This document shows, one piece after another, positions 13,246 to 26,290 of a DNA stretch of 64,000 nucleotides (positions within the stretch are counted from its first letter, which is position 1; each line of letters opens with the position of its first letter). Origin of the DNA: Octopus sinensis (Eukaryota). The notes beneath the pieces were generated by a model. That model did no database searches. It was not told where the DNA came from and saw only the letters and a program-made list of their open reading frames with translations. A program made the position numbers and the translations under genes. The stretch spans positions 188,170,001 through 188,234,000 of the forward strand of contig NC_042997.1 of the NCBI RefSeq assembly GCF_006345805.1. The letters are read 5' to 3'.

Positions 13246-15099
13246 TGTGTTGGATCACTTGTGAGGTCTTTCATGAGTGCTACTGGTAGCATGGAATCCA
13301 GTAAAATGTTACACTGGTCAGGCCACCAATGACAAAATCAGCACTCCCACTAGGCTTTCCTGGTGAGGAGGGTTGCTGGAAACTCAGTAGGACTAAAATC
13401 AAGACCGGTCAAAAAAAAAAATTGAATCTAGTGTGGCTGAATAAAGCCCTCAGAAATTCCAGGTTGACGATCTCTGTGCTGGAAGATGGAAGACTACTGG
13501 AAGTGAGGCACCCCTCAGCTTTTTTAAGGCATGTCTCTGGCATTTCATCTGTCTTATGTTCTGAGTTTGAGTTCTGCCAATGTCAATTTTGCCTTTCATC
13601 CTTTCAGGATCAATAAAATAAGTACTGGTCAAGTACTGAGGTCAATATAATTGACTTCCCAATCCCTTCAAAAACTGCTGGGCCTGTGCCAAAATTTGAA
13701 ACCATTATTAATGCACACTTCAGCATGGTGCTTATTTATGGTAAAGTGGACTGGCTACTCGAAAGCTAAGTAAATTAACTAAAGACACAGTATACAGTAC
13801 CAGTTATAGCTCCAAAATTTCAGATAGCTGTTTTCCCTACGGACACACAAGCATATCCAAACATACAGACTTCAGTGTTCACTCTTTTGTCTGCTATTGT
13901 AACTATTCTACCAGCTTTTACTGTACAGCATTCATTAAAATGTTTAGATAATAGGGCTTCATTGATAAATTATTATTGTTCAAGTGATATTGACTAAAGT
14001 TATGTTTAAACAAATAACATCAAAACAAAAATAAATGAGTAAACAAAAAGGTAATTAAATCTAGTTTTGAGGAATCCTTGCAAAACTATTTTAAATGAAA
14101 ATTATTCAATTTTATATAATAGTTTTATTCATAGTTAAGAAACTTCCCATTTATTGAAGAGGAAAACTGGGAAATTATCAAGATTATGTCTTTCACAAAT
14201 ACATTAGTGAACAAGGAGAATGAAAACCAAGTTACAATGCAATTTAGCTGAGAAAACTGCCAGACCATGGCATCGACAATATTTATTGTTATGTAATTTT
14301 TGGTATATTGTATATCCAGCATGATTCTACTTTAAGTATAAAACTTTGCTTTTGGCATTATACATACACAAAAACATAAAGTATTCCCCCCTCTTCACTC
14401 AAGCTATTATCAATGTTGTCTTATTCTTATTATCAATAAAACCAGTTGACAGTTATAACTGAAGTCAATACAATGTTAACTTTAGCGACTGTTACCATAG
14501 TAATGTGAGAAGATTAGACAATATATCAGTTATTTCATTCATTTAGTTGTTCTAGAACATTCAGATGTAAGTTTTCAATAATTACTGCTTATAAAGAAGC
14601 TGGAGAATAGGTGATGGTCTTCTAAGGGCAAGTTATCTGTTAGTGATTAGCATCTTGTGTAAGAATATTTAACTTGTGCTCACTTAACAGTACAGAAACT
14701 AGTGTTAAACCCTGGCCTTATTGACCACTGGAGTTTGTGAAGAGATTAAGTATTAACTAATATAGTGGATTAGATAACAATAGCTGGTTATTTGTTTATT
14801 CCCAAACATGTTTAAATTACTGTATTAATGATAATCCTCTGACATTCTGAATCTGTTTAATCAATGTATCTGCGTATTAAATATGAATGATTCATGTAGG
14901 AAAGCTAATGCTGAATTTGTAGTGATTAAGGTATTGCACTAATGAAGTAAAGTATGTTTGAAAACTGAATAAATTCTATGCAGTTGGAATGTAGGGGTTT
15001 CAATACCTAAATGCTTATGAAATTAAACCACTAACTTTTGTTTTGTTATTACTGTGAAGCCCCAGATAATCTCTGATCAAGTAGTCCTATGAAAAGCTG

Positions 15100-15475
15100 G
15101 TTGTGATCCACCAATGTGCTGTTCCAGTTATACCCCTGCTGCTGCTGAGACCCCTTCGCTCATGACTGACCGTAGAATTGTACCTAGAAAGTTACCCTCC
15201 CAGGCACAAGTCCGGGCAAGGTTGTTTATGGAAGACCAGCAGTCGCCCATGCATACCGGCCTCCTCTCTCCATGCCACCAATGTATCCAAGAGAAAGGCA
15301 AAGGGGCCGATACAGCTTGGCACCTGTGATGTCGCAACTCATTTCTACAGCTGAGTGAACTGGAGCAACGTGAAATAAAGTGTCTTGCTCAAGAACACAG
15401 CCCGGTCCGGGATTCGAACTCACAACCTCACGATTGTAAGCTCGACACTCTAACCACTGAGCCATGCGCCTTCAC
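15100..15475 (-). mobile_element. tRNA-derived SINE family B (CORE-like), near full length
   Basis: Minus strand TGGCTCAGTGGTTAGAGTG..GAGTTCGAATCCC (A and B boxes) then TTGAGCAAGACACTTTATTTCACGTTGCTCCAG. Confidence 0.88.
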
Positions 15476-15950
15476 ATACCATGCCCCTATCTAACAGAGA
15501 ACCATATTGTACATTCTGACATGCTGTAATGAATCATACCGGATGTAATGTGGCAGTCTGAACATATTGCACCCTCTTCACTGTCCAATCCATTGTTGAG
15601 AGTCTATAGGTTATGGTGGTAGCCACTGTAGAGATGAGTGAAAATAGACTGTCAGAACAAGACACCTGCTGTTTCTCCACACTTGTTGCTTGTGTTGCTC
15701 CTTGCAGCACATTATTGCGGCTGATGCAACCATTAATGCTAAAGCTATTTCTCTGTGCATGAATTTCTTTTTGTTTTTTTTTTGTTTTTGCATGGGTTGA
15801 GTGGGGAGCATATTTTTCAGTATGGTTAGTGGGTGTTGTTTGGGTGTCTTTGTAATAAAAGGGTATTTTTTATATCTTGGCAGGAACTAGAAGGGTTGAA
15901 ATTTCCCCTCGTAATAAACTATCCCCCACCCTTATATGTCCTACTGGTCT

Positions 15951-16350
15951 CTTACTCTCTTTTACTCTTTTACTTGTTTCAGTCATTTGACTGCTGCCAT
16001 GCTGGAGCACCACCTTTAGTCGAGCAAATTGACCCCAGGACTTATTCTTTGTAAGCCTAGTACTTATTCTATCGGTCTCTTTTGCCGAACCAGTAAGTTA
16101 TGGGGACGTAAACACACCAGCATTGGTTGTCAAGCGATGTTGGGGGAACAAACACAGACACACACACATACATATATATATACATATATACGACGGGCTT
16201 CTTTCAGTTTCCGTCTACCAAATCCACTCACAAGGCTTTGGTTGGCCTGGGGCTATAGTAGAAGACACTTGCCCAAGGTGCCACACAGTGGGACTGAACC
16301 CAGAACCATGTTGTTGGTAAGCAAGCCACTTACCACGTAGCCACTCCTGC
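15951..16350 (-). mobile_element. SINE family A, full length
   Basis: Reverse complement of 9866-10241 type. Confidence 0.92.
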
Positions 16351-16404
16351 ATCTTTCATTTTTAGCACTTTTTTTTTCCTTGTACAGGTCTAAGGATGCA
16401 CTAT

Positions 16405-16796
16405 TACTCTTTTACTCTTTTACTTGTTTCAGTCATCTGACTGCGGCTATGCTGGAGCACCGCCTTTAGTCGAGCAAATCGACCCCAGGACTTATTCTTT
16501 GTAAGCCCAGTACTTATTCTATCGGTCTCTTTTGCCGAACTGTTAAGTGACGGGGACGTAAACACACCAGCATCGGTTGTCAAGCAATGCTAGGGGGACA
16601 AACACAGACACACAAACACATACACATATATATATACATATATACGACAGGCTTCTTTCAGTTTCTGTCTTCCAAATCCACTCACAAGGCATTGGTCGGC
16701 CCGGGGCTATAGCAGAAGACACTTGCTCAAGATGCCACGCAGTGGGACTGAACCCGGAACCATGTGGTTGGTTAGCAAGCTACTTACCACACAGCC
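16405..16796 (-). mobile_element. SINE family A, full length (direct neighbour of previous copy)
   Basis: Same family sequence. Confidence 0.92.
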
Positions 16797-17395
16797 AAGT
16801 GTGATCATTGTGATTTATTTAGTGTTCTTCGTAGTTTATTTCAGTTTATGGTGGAGGGATTAGGAGCCTAGGCTCTAATGAAGGATCTAATGTATTGTTT
16901 GTACACCATTACTGTTGTTTCTCTTAGTTGACCAGTTGACCAAATGCTTGCATACTGTTTTGCATTCTTTTACTGTGTGTCCTATGCATGTTATGAATGT
17001 TGTGGAGTTGTATGTAATTCCTAATAGTTTTGTCTCCTCTGTATGTGTGTGTGTGTGTGTGTGTGTATGTGTGTGAGAATGAGAGAGAGAGTTGTCAATA
17101 AATGTAATGGTTGATTGTATTTGATGTTCTCTGGTGTTGCTGGTAAAGAAAAGTCAGTAGATTTATGAAGTGCTGCTTTGCAAGTCAGTTGTTTCAGAGC
17201 AAGTTTTTGAGGTGATTGATGTAGGGTTATTGTGTGGCTGCATTTGTAGAACAGTAAGGAAAAGTGAATGTGATGCAATGTTTACATGTGACCGTGTATA
17301 TTCTGAGAAGTATTGAAAGGTTGTGTCGGTATAAGTTGAAAGAAATGATTGGAAAGACATCTTTGTGTTACTCCATTTAGTAAATACAAGCTTTA

Positions 17396-17478
17396 GAAGT
17401 GTTATTTTAGTACAAAACAAGTTGGAAGTGTTATTTTAGTACAAAACAAGTTGGAAGTGTTATTTTAGTACAAAACAT
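17396..17478. repeat. 29-bp tandem repeat x3
   Basis: GTTATTTTAG recurs at 17401, 17430 and 17459. Confidence 0.92.
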
Positions 17479-17721
17479 AAGCTTAGTAACCAAGCAAGTA
17501 GTTTGTTAGCAAATGTTATGTTTTCTAAGGAGTTGATGAATATTTTGTATATTGTTGGACAAAAATGGGGTGAAGTTGAAACCTTTACTGATGCTGATGG
17601 TAGCTAGAATGGTTTGCGTTGGAGGTTTTCTTGTTGAAGTGTTATATTATGTGAATTTTATAGTACAGGTACAGATAGTTGTAGATGTTGGTGAGTCCAG
17701 TGATTCCTTTAGGCGTCAGAT

Positions 17722-17941
17722 CAGTAGTTCCCAAACACTTTCAGGCTGCTGCCCCCTTGGCAGCCAGGCCACATTCCTAGCATCCTCGCCCACCTCAAAT
17801 GTAGACTGCTTTCAAAACAACTGTATTTCATAAATAAAACTTAAACCTACACCTATCACCCCGTTTTGGGTACCCCATTATCATCCCACTTTTCTTCAAT
17901 GCACCCCTGGATCTTTCCACTGCCCACTTTGGGACCCGCTG
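17722..17941. mobile_element. hAT (Charlie-like) MITE
   Basis: Ends CAGTAGTTCCCAAAC / TTTGGGACCCGCTG; internal sequence shared with 57819-58324. Confidence 0.65.
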
Positions 17942-18419
17942 CTTTAGAGGATTTAGGTTTACATTTGTGATTTTCTCTAGCCCTGATGTTCTTGAGACTT
18001 CAGGTTTCCCCATAACTTTTCTTGTGTTTGATGGAAAGGTTGCTTCAAAATCATTATCTAGGTAAGGGAATGTATTTTTTTGTATTGTGTTCCCCATCTT
18101 TTATGTGTAGTTTTTGGTGATAGATTTTTGAGAAATTGCTAAATGCATTTACTAAGTGATGAAGTCTGAGTATTCTATTTAAGGTTGTTGTGATGTGAGA
18201 AGTGGTGTGGCCATTGGTGTTATTGCTGTTGTTGTTATCATCATTGTTGATAATGCTAAATATTCTATAGAGTGTTCTAGCTTGTCTATTACAGATAACA
18301 TTCCCAGTTCTAAATATTTCTCACATTTAGGATTATATGTATATCTTGTCCACATATAAAGGAAACCTCAGCAATAGATAACAGTAAATTCAGTGAGTTT
18401 TGTATCCAACATAAACCAC

Positions 18420-18640
18420 AAAGCAAACTTTTGGTTAACATCTACTCCTAGAGCTTCCTTGGATTTGGTGGCGATTTTTTTTCATCCGTCTTCCCTTCTT
18501 TGGATCTTTCCCTTTTCTATGTTTCTGACGAAGACCTCCGCTCGAAATGTTAAATCCTCCTTTCTTTCCTGTCCTGAGTGTCCAATAACTCTCTACTTGT
18601 TCCACGTCCTTGTGTGTTTTCATGTTTGGATAGGATATAC
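18420..18640 (+). mobile_element. Penelope-type terminal repeat remnant with degenerate hammerhead core
   Basis: GTTT-CTGACGA-A-GACC-TCC-GCTC-GAAA-TGTT-AAAT at 18521-18555. Confidence 0.5.
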
Positions 18641-20689
18641 ATATAATTTCAAATGACCTAGTTTATTTAGATGTGGGAAAAATGTAAAAGATTTTCTGGA
18701 AATGTTGTAGAGCGGGAAATAGATGCACATTCCAATTGTTTAACCCCTTTGATAATAAATCTAACCAGGATGGTCCTGGTTCATTTAATAAACTGCCCAT
18801 CAGACACTGCTTATATTGATCATATTTCATCATGATTGTCATCATTATCATAGTTTATACATCTGCTTTTCCATATTGGCATGGGTTGGATCTGACTTTT
18901 TGAGATACAGTTTTATAATTGGATGTCCTTTCTGAGACCAATCCTTTTAGATGCCTCTTACATCATCTTGGGATATTGTGTTTGAATTAAAAAAACCTGG
19001 GATGCACACAGATAACACTGTTCATAATTAAACTATCAAAATGCAAATACATTATTAAATTGTATTAGTTATATTATATTGGAAATTAATCTCAAAAGAA
19101 AAGGGCAGAATATTCTTATGAGAAATAGTGTCATGAAAAGGTCAATGCTTCAGAACTACAGTTAAAGTAAACCCTGTGAGACTTTGGACCCTCTAGAGAT
19201 ATATACTTTATCTTTTAGAATTGGGACAAGTCATATGTTGCATGTATAAAAATTACATTTTACTTTACCAATGAAAGAACCTCTACACAATCACTCAACT
19301 TGATACCAACGAGATCACACCCTCTACTCAGTTTAAAAAGAAAACACAAGTTGGATATTGTAGTTCTGGATACACTCATTGTGTTGTGAAGTAGGGTGAG
19401 ATAGGTTCACCATAGCCGGAATGCCTTTGATCATAAATCAGGTGCAGAGCTGACCTGGGTCAAACAGTAGCATTGTTAATTATTTGTTTGTTCATTCTTA
19501 CATCTGTTTCTTCATGCTTGCATGAGTTAGATGAATATATATCAACTCAATGGGATCATTGAGATTTGTGATGTTATATACCTTTAACATTTAAGCAGTC
19601 TTTTGATCAAAGTTAGTCCACCTATGACCAACCTATATGTAATGGGTCACTTAACCCATTAAGATAGGTGTGATTAGAAAGAGATTTAGTTGATGTTTCT
19701 AGCAGTTCAAGCAATTGTGTTTGAGACTTCAGTGCTAACAGTGTTTAATATACTTTCTGAAGTATATCAAGCATTATTAGATATTAGATATGGTTTGAGA
19801 GACTCAGAGCACTTTTGATTCATACTTTTTATAATACTAGAATAATTTTCTATCTATTTTACTAATAAATACACCAAAATGTATATGGAGAAATATGAGA
19901 AGTTTTTGTGTAGGCAATAAACATTGTATTGACTTCGGTTACAGCTGTCAGTAGGATTATTGATATGAACAGAAAGGGAAAATAGACTAACAGGTTAATA
20001 GCTGGGGACATACTTAACATTATATTTCTGTACAATATCAAGAACAAAGTTTTATAGTTAAAACAGAGTAATGCCGGATCTGCAATAAAACAAGGAAGTT
20101 AAAAAAGGAAGAGAAGTATAGAAATAGTCATGCTTATTCTTGTTTTTAATTCTATGCATTAATATTTGTGATGAACTACTTGTGTAATATCAATTTCTTC
20201 AATTATCAGATACTAAACAGCTTTTGTTAATTACTAGTTGAGTGCTAAAACAGGCAGAATAAACAAAATTGAATAGCCATTGGAAATGATATAATCAACC
20301 TATAAGATCTGCAGTAGCAATTAGACCAGTGGTTCTTAATCAGTAGTGTATTGCAGCACATGGTTGTATAGCAAGTTGTATACAGGTGCACCGTGTATTT
20401 CTTAAAACATAATTTAAGGCTGTAAGAAATCTATATTAATGTTTGAACATCTTGAAAAGAGTGTTATCCATAAATCTATTAAATGCAAGAATGATTAATG
20501 AAACATGACAAGTAATAGTTTTGTATATATTAAGATGAGTTTTAATTTTAAAAGAGTTTTTGTGAAGTGCATTAGTAATATTTCTTTTTATTTGATCTTG
20601 AAGTATGCTAGTGATCTTTATTATTTAACTTCAAGTGCAATACAGAGTCAAAAAGACTAAAAACCACTGTGTTAGATTTTACATTGCCG

Positions 20690-22920
20690 AGGAGTTTAGA
20701 TTTCAGACCAGAAGGTTGCCTAGAAGCAGACAAATCTGGAAAAGAAGGATCTGGAAGCTTAAGGATCCTTTATATGGTCAGAGATTTAGGGACATCCTAA
20801 TTGAGAAATTTGGTGAAAAGGAGGAGGAACTACAGACTTGTAACATAGAAGGCAACTGGGAATTCCTGCAGGACAGCTTGCTGAGTGCCACAGACCAAAT
20901 CTGTGGCTGGTGCAAAGTCCCAACCTGAACTAGGGTGACATGGAGGTGGAACGATACTGCAGACAAGGTCATGAGAGCAAAGGAACAGGCCTGGAAGGAC
21001 TGGAAGAGTGGTGGTAGCAGGGAATTATATCAGGTAGCCAGGTGGGAGGCTAGAAGACAGGTGTATTTAGCCAGGAGAGAAGCAGAGAGGAGGAAGTTTA
21101 CCAATGTTCTGTGTTGTGAGGACCAGAGGCTTGAAGTGTTTCAGATAGCAAGACAGAAAATTGTGATGTGGTAGGAGAGCAATGTGTTTTGCATGGATGA
21201 TGGGTCACTAGCAGTGTGGGTTATGGTCTAGTCACCCACATAGTCTATCAGGTTGTACACGAAGGAGTCATACCTAATGACTGGTGTAGCAGTACCAGAG
21301 TCAGCTGCTACAAATGCAAAGGTGATGCCTTTGACAGAAATAATTACAGTTATCAAATTGTTATATCAGGTGATGAAAGTTACAGAGAGGGTCATAGCCC
21401 AACTAATTAGGCAGAGGATTCATCTAGATGAGGTGCAGTTTGATTTTGTGCAGGGAGAAGTACCACAGATACTATATTTCTGGTAAGGCAGCTGCAGGAG
21501 AAGTACCTAGCCAAAGATAAACCTCTGTACTTGGCTTCTGTTGACATGGAGAAAGCCTTTGACAGGGTCTCCCAATCCCTTATCTGGTGGTCAATGTGGA
21601 AACTAGGGATAGACGAGTGGTTGGTGAGAGCTGTACAAGCCATGTACAGGGATGTTGTTGGTAAGGTGAGGGTTGGCAACAAGTATAATGATTAATTCAG
21701 AGTACAAGTAGAGGTTCACCAAGGATCAGTCCTCAGCCTCCTCTTGTTCATCATAGTCCTCTTGGCAATAACAGAGGAATTCAAGTCAGGCTGCCCCTGG
21801 AAACTACTCTATGCTGATGATCTTGTTCTTACAGCTGAATCACTACTAGAACTAGAGAAGACGTTTCAGGTGTGGAAGCAAGGTCTAGAATTAAAGGGCC
21901 TTAGAGTTAACCTAGCAGAAACCAAAGTCTTAGTAAATAGGAAAGCAGACAGATCAAAAATCCCTTCAGGCAGAAAGATGCACAGGTACAATAAACACTG
22001 AAAATGTATAGAAAATAGACTCTATCAAATGCCAGGGGAGTAAGCTAGAGGTAGTTCATAGCATCCATTATCTAGGTGACAAAATCAGTAGCAAAGGTGG
22101 ATGCTCCAAGAGTGTAGCTAAGAATAGGCTGGGCAAAGTTCAGAGAGCTTCTACCTCTGTTGATAGAAAAAGGCATTTCCCTCAGAGTGAAAGGCAGATT
22201 ATGTGATGCCTGTGTGCAAACAGCAGTGCTACACAGCAGTAAAATATGGGCTGTGACTGCAAGGACATGCAAAGGCTTGAAAGAAATGAAGCTGGCATGC
22301 TTTGCTGGATGTGCAATGTCAGTGTGCATGTACAACAGAGTGTAAGCGTCTTGAGAGAAAAGTTGGGCATAAGAGGCATTAGATGTATTGTGAAAGAGAG
22401 AAAACTGTTCTGCTATAGTCATGTGATGCATATAGATAAAGAAGTGCCAATCTGTAACTGTGGAGAGAGCCTATGGAAGAAGTAGACCCAGGAAGACATG
22501 AGACGAGGTGCTGAAGCAGGAGCTTTGAATGTTGGGCCTCATAGAGGAAATGACTAGTGAGACCTTTGACGATATGGCATGCTTGAGAAGACCTGTCAGG
22601 CAAAGTGAAATCGTAGTTATAGCCGATGCTGGTGTCACATAACTGGCACATAAAAAGTACCTTTCTAGTGTTGGGCCTCACAAAGGTCATGTAGCCAATG
22701 CTGGTGTTGTGTAGCTAGCACCTGTACCGGTGACAGGTAAAATCACCCATTACATTCTTGGAGTGGTTGGTGTTAGGAAGAGCATCCAGCTGTAGAAATC
22801 ATGCCAAATCAGACTGGAGTCTGTTGCAGCCCCTCAGCTTACCAGCCCTGGTCAAACCGTCAAACCTATGCCAGCATGGTCAACAGATATTAAATGATGA
22901 TGATAATGATGATAATGATT
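20690..22920 (+). mobile_element. Decayed RTE LINE, same family as 40373-43001, with internal deletions
   Basis: RRIWKLKDP, KAFDRV, QGSVLS, YADDL, NLAETKV and KGRLCDAC motifs with many stops; (GAT)n tail ~22895-22920. Confidence 0.93.
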
Positions 22921-24329
22921 ATGATCTACACTTGTCAGCATACTGCTAAAGACCAGACTCATTACTTATTGCATTTGAGATTTGATTAAAATTTGGGGTT
23001 GTTCCCCTGTCTTTTTCTTTTTCTTTTTAGATTTAGCCAAATTAGGCATTTGCATATTGGTTGTTCTCATTGCTAAAGGAATGATTTCAAATATTACAGT
23101 TTCTTGGCTTGATACATCAAAGATGGTAGTGCCTACTTTATTGTAGACTAGAATGTGTTGTACTTTCTACAGAATAGCAGCATTTTTGGTAAAGATTATT
23201 TTACAAATCTCAACCAATAGCCTTATTAGTAATGGGCTAATGAGGAACTAATTGGATAACCATAATTAAGAGACAAATATGGAGATCTTGTAGCTTCTTC
23301 TATATCAGCTGTGAAGAAAACTAAAATAATAACAGTGAGCAGGTGTCCTATTTTTATGATATTTCTACTAATATTTAGGATTAAAAAAAAAAAACATAAA
23401 TATATTACTGACTTCATGGATTTTGAGAAAACATGAAATAATTCTTTTTTTGAAATAGGGATCTCAAAGTACATGTAAAGCTATAAACTGGGGCATGTAA
23501 ATATTGGGCTGAAAAATCCTTTTGGATTGTAAAAGTCATAGGCAATGGTATTATTTATAGCTCTATGTATGCTTCAAGATTCACTGTTCCAAAAAAGAAT
23601 TATTTCACATTTCTGGTTAAAATAAAGTTTCTAAAATGGATAGAGGAATTCCAAAGATTGCTTTGGTTCAATGGTAGAATGCCTGATATATCTACAGATG
23701 TGGATTCATGTGCCCTGGAAACCATCAACTTTATCTATTTAAAAGGGTTGTCCAACCCAATATTTATAAGCTGCTATTTATAGCTTTCTGCATGCTTCAA
23801 GGTTCATTATTCCAAAAAGAAAAAAGTATCATTGCAAATATATTAAACAAAAAAAGAAAAAAAAAGAAAAGTAATAAACAGCAGGATTTTTTCATGATTT
23901 TAAAAAATTTCTTCAAGTAAAATACAGACTCTTTCTCCATTTTATTTTAATTTGGCTGCTATTATTTGAAGTATTCCATTGAATTCTATTTTGGAGATAT
24001 ATCAATTTTGGTTCATCCTCAAATCCATCAATTTTGTTTTGTCTGTTAAGTTTTAAATTACTTTTATGAAAGTGTGAACCTGAACTTGAAATTCATTTGA
24101 ACTTAGATGTGGTTAAACATTTTGACAATGAAACTAAATATTTAACTTACAACTCACAATAATTATACATTCTATATTATACATTTATAATTACACATTT
24201 TTAATTATACATTTTATAATTATAATTATACATTTTAAAACAGTTGTCTATAATAATGATGGTATTCCTAATAATCTAAATAAGACCACTTTCTTTTCAG
24301 GAAAATATGGGAATAGCATTGCTACCCTT

Positions 24330-24480
24330 GTGGAGGCATGTGGTTTAGTTGTTAGGGTGTTGGACTCATGATTGTAAGATTGGGTTTTGATTCCTGGGCC
24401 AGGTAATGCATTGTGTTTTGAGCAGAAGACTTCGTTTCACATGGCTCTATTCCACTCAGCTGGCAAAAATGAGTATTCCT
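24330..24480 (+). mobile_element. SINE family B, 5' part
   Basis: GTGGTTTAGTTGTTAGGGTG..TTGATTCCTGG..TTTGAGCAGAAGACTTCGTTTCAC. Confidence 0.7.
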
Positions 24481-24485
24481 GCAAT

Positions 24486-24886
24486 AGGCATAAGAGTGGC
24501 TGTATGGTAAGTAGCTTGCTTACCAACCACATGCTTCCAGGTTCAGTCCCACTGTGTAGCACCTTGGGCAAGTGTCTTCTACTATAGCCCCGGGCTGACC
24601 AAAGCCCTGTGAGTGGATTTGGTAGATGGAAACTGAAAGAAGCCCGTCATATATATGTATATATATGTGTGTGTATACGTTTGTTGTCTGTGTTTGTCCC
24701 CCCAACATCGCTTGACAACCGATGTGGGTGTGTTTATGTCCCTGTAACTTAGCGGTTCGGCAAAAGAGACAGATAGAATAAGCACTAGGCTTACAAAGAA
24801 TAAGTCCTGGGGTCGATTTGCTCGACTAAAGGTGGTGCTCCAGCATGGCCACAGTCAAATTACTGAAACAAGTAAAAGAGAGTAAA
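24486..24886 (+). mobile_element. SINE family A, full length
   Basis: Family sequence. Confidence 0.92.
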
Positions 24887-26169
24887 GACTGGCATCCCAT
24901 CCAGTGGGGAATATATACACCACAGAAACTAGGAAACCAGCCCTACGAGTCTATATCACTGACGAAGGAGCTTTATCCTTTATTGTTACCCTTATTTTAT
25001 ACAATCCTGGTATGAGTGAATGGCTACACTGCTGAAACATAGCCTTCTCTGAAGCAGAAACTGAATTAGTCCTGATTTTTTAAATAAAAATAAATAAGAA
25101 CAATTATTATTAAAAACTTCATAATATTTGATTAAATGGATTAGATTAGACTTGTTTTCAAGTTAGGGTTCTGAGCTTTCATTTATATAAATTAAATCTG
25201 TACTTGGTGTACAGAAAAGTATATAACCTACTCCAGATACACTGATTTTCTTTTTTTCAGAAAAATCACCCAACCTAAACTGGCAATAAAAATGTATATA
25301 AATAGAATCATTCATAAATTGTTTGACTCCTGATATAAAAGGTTTATTCAGTGGTTACATATTCTATATAATCACAACATAAGGTTTTATGCAGTATATC
25401 CTTCTACTGAATAGCCAACATAAATTAGAGGGAGTGGAATAAAAGTGATCATACAGATAGAAAATAAAACCTGTTATTGAGCATACCAGTTACTGAAAGG
25501 ACTAGAAAAATTAGTTATTAATGCCAAATTAAATACTTTCTGAAAAGTCCCTGGTTGACTACATTATTTAACTGTTAGACACCACATTCAAACACCAGCT
25601 ACTACTACTTGACAATTTCATTTGCTTCTGTTCTATTTTCTGTTCTGTTCATTTGCTTCTGTTCTTGAAGTGGTAACTGGTGGAACTTTGGAAACAGCAG
25701 TGGCATAGTTTAACTCTATTCCTGTTTGCCACTCTCTGTTTGTTTCTCTCTGCCTCTTCTAAACAGAAAAACCTCAAATGGCCTTTACTACTACTGGTGC
25801 AGCAAGTGAACCTTCCATCCTGCATTGCCTGTCTGATTAACCTTTCTGTTCTCTCAATGAAATACAATGTTGTTAGGATCTAGATGCCCATGCAGACTCA
25901 CACTCCATGACACTACATGTTGTGGATCATCAATGCACTCACTACATGTTCATACTGTTGGACAAATATGAGATGAAGCCACGAGATGACATCCATACTA
26001 AGTACCTTTCTTTCGCTAATAGTTTTAAGTGGCAATGTTGCAGTAAGCAGACACAGACATGTTGGCTCTCCAATCTATTGATTCATTAGAAAACTGAAGA
26101 TGGGAGAGCAGGAGGGAGGGAGGGAGATCTGGACCAACACAATACTGGGGCTCATTTTCAGTTATGTAG

Positions 26170-26290
26170 ACAGGAGGAATGTGGAATGAAACACCTTGCT
26201 CAAGAGCACAACACATCACCTAGTCCAGGAATTGAGACCACAACCTTGTGATTGTGAGCCCAGCACCTTTAGCACTAGGTCACACTCCTT
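26170..26290 (-). mobile_element. SINE family B fragment
   Basis: CTTGCTCAAGAGCACAACAC..GAGACCACAACCTTGTGATTGTGAG. Confidence 0.6.

Larger units (their letters stand above)
17050..18330 (-). mobile_element. Decayed Penelope-like element remnant
   Basis: Minus-strand pieces KKYIPLP, FEATFPSNTRKVMGK and NIKY resemble the PLE linker/GIY-YIG region; heavily degraded and interrupted by a MITE. Confidence 0.45.

Noticed and set aside
14880-14975. Possible C/D snoRNA or miR-92-like TATTGCACT
   Set aside because: No canonical C box or terminal stem, and no hairpin or extended match to miR-92
15385-15475. tRNA-like sequences (also 28021 and 34785)
   Set aside because: SINE heads continuous with SINE bodies; no complete cloverleaf
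17396-17478. 29-bp repeats (also the 20-bp repeats at 33596) as a possible CRISPR array
   Set aside because: Contiguous tandem units without spacers, eukaryotic context, no cas genes
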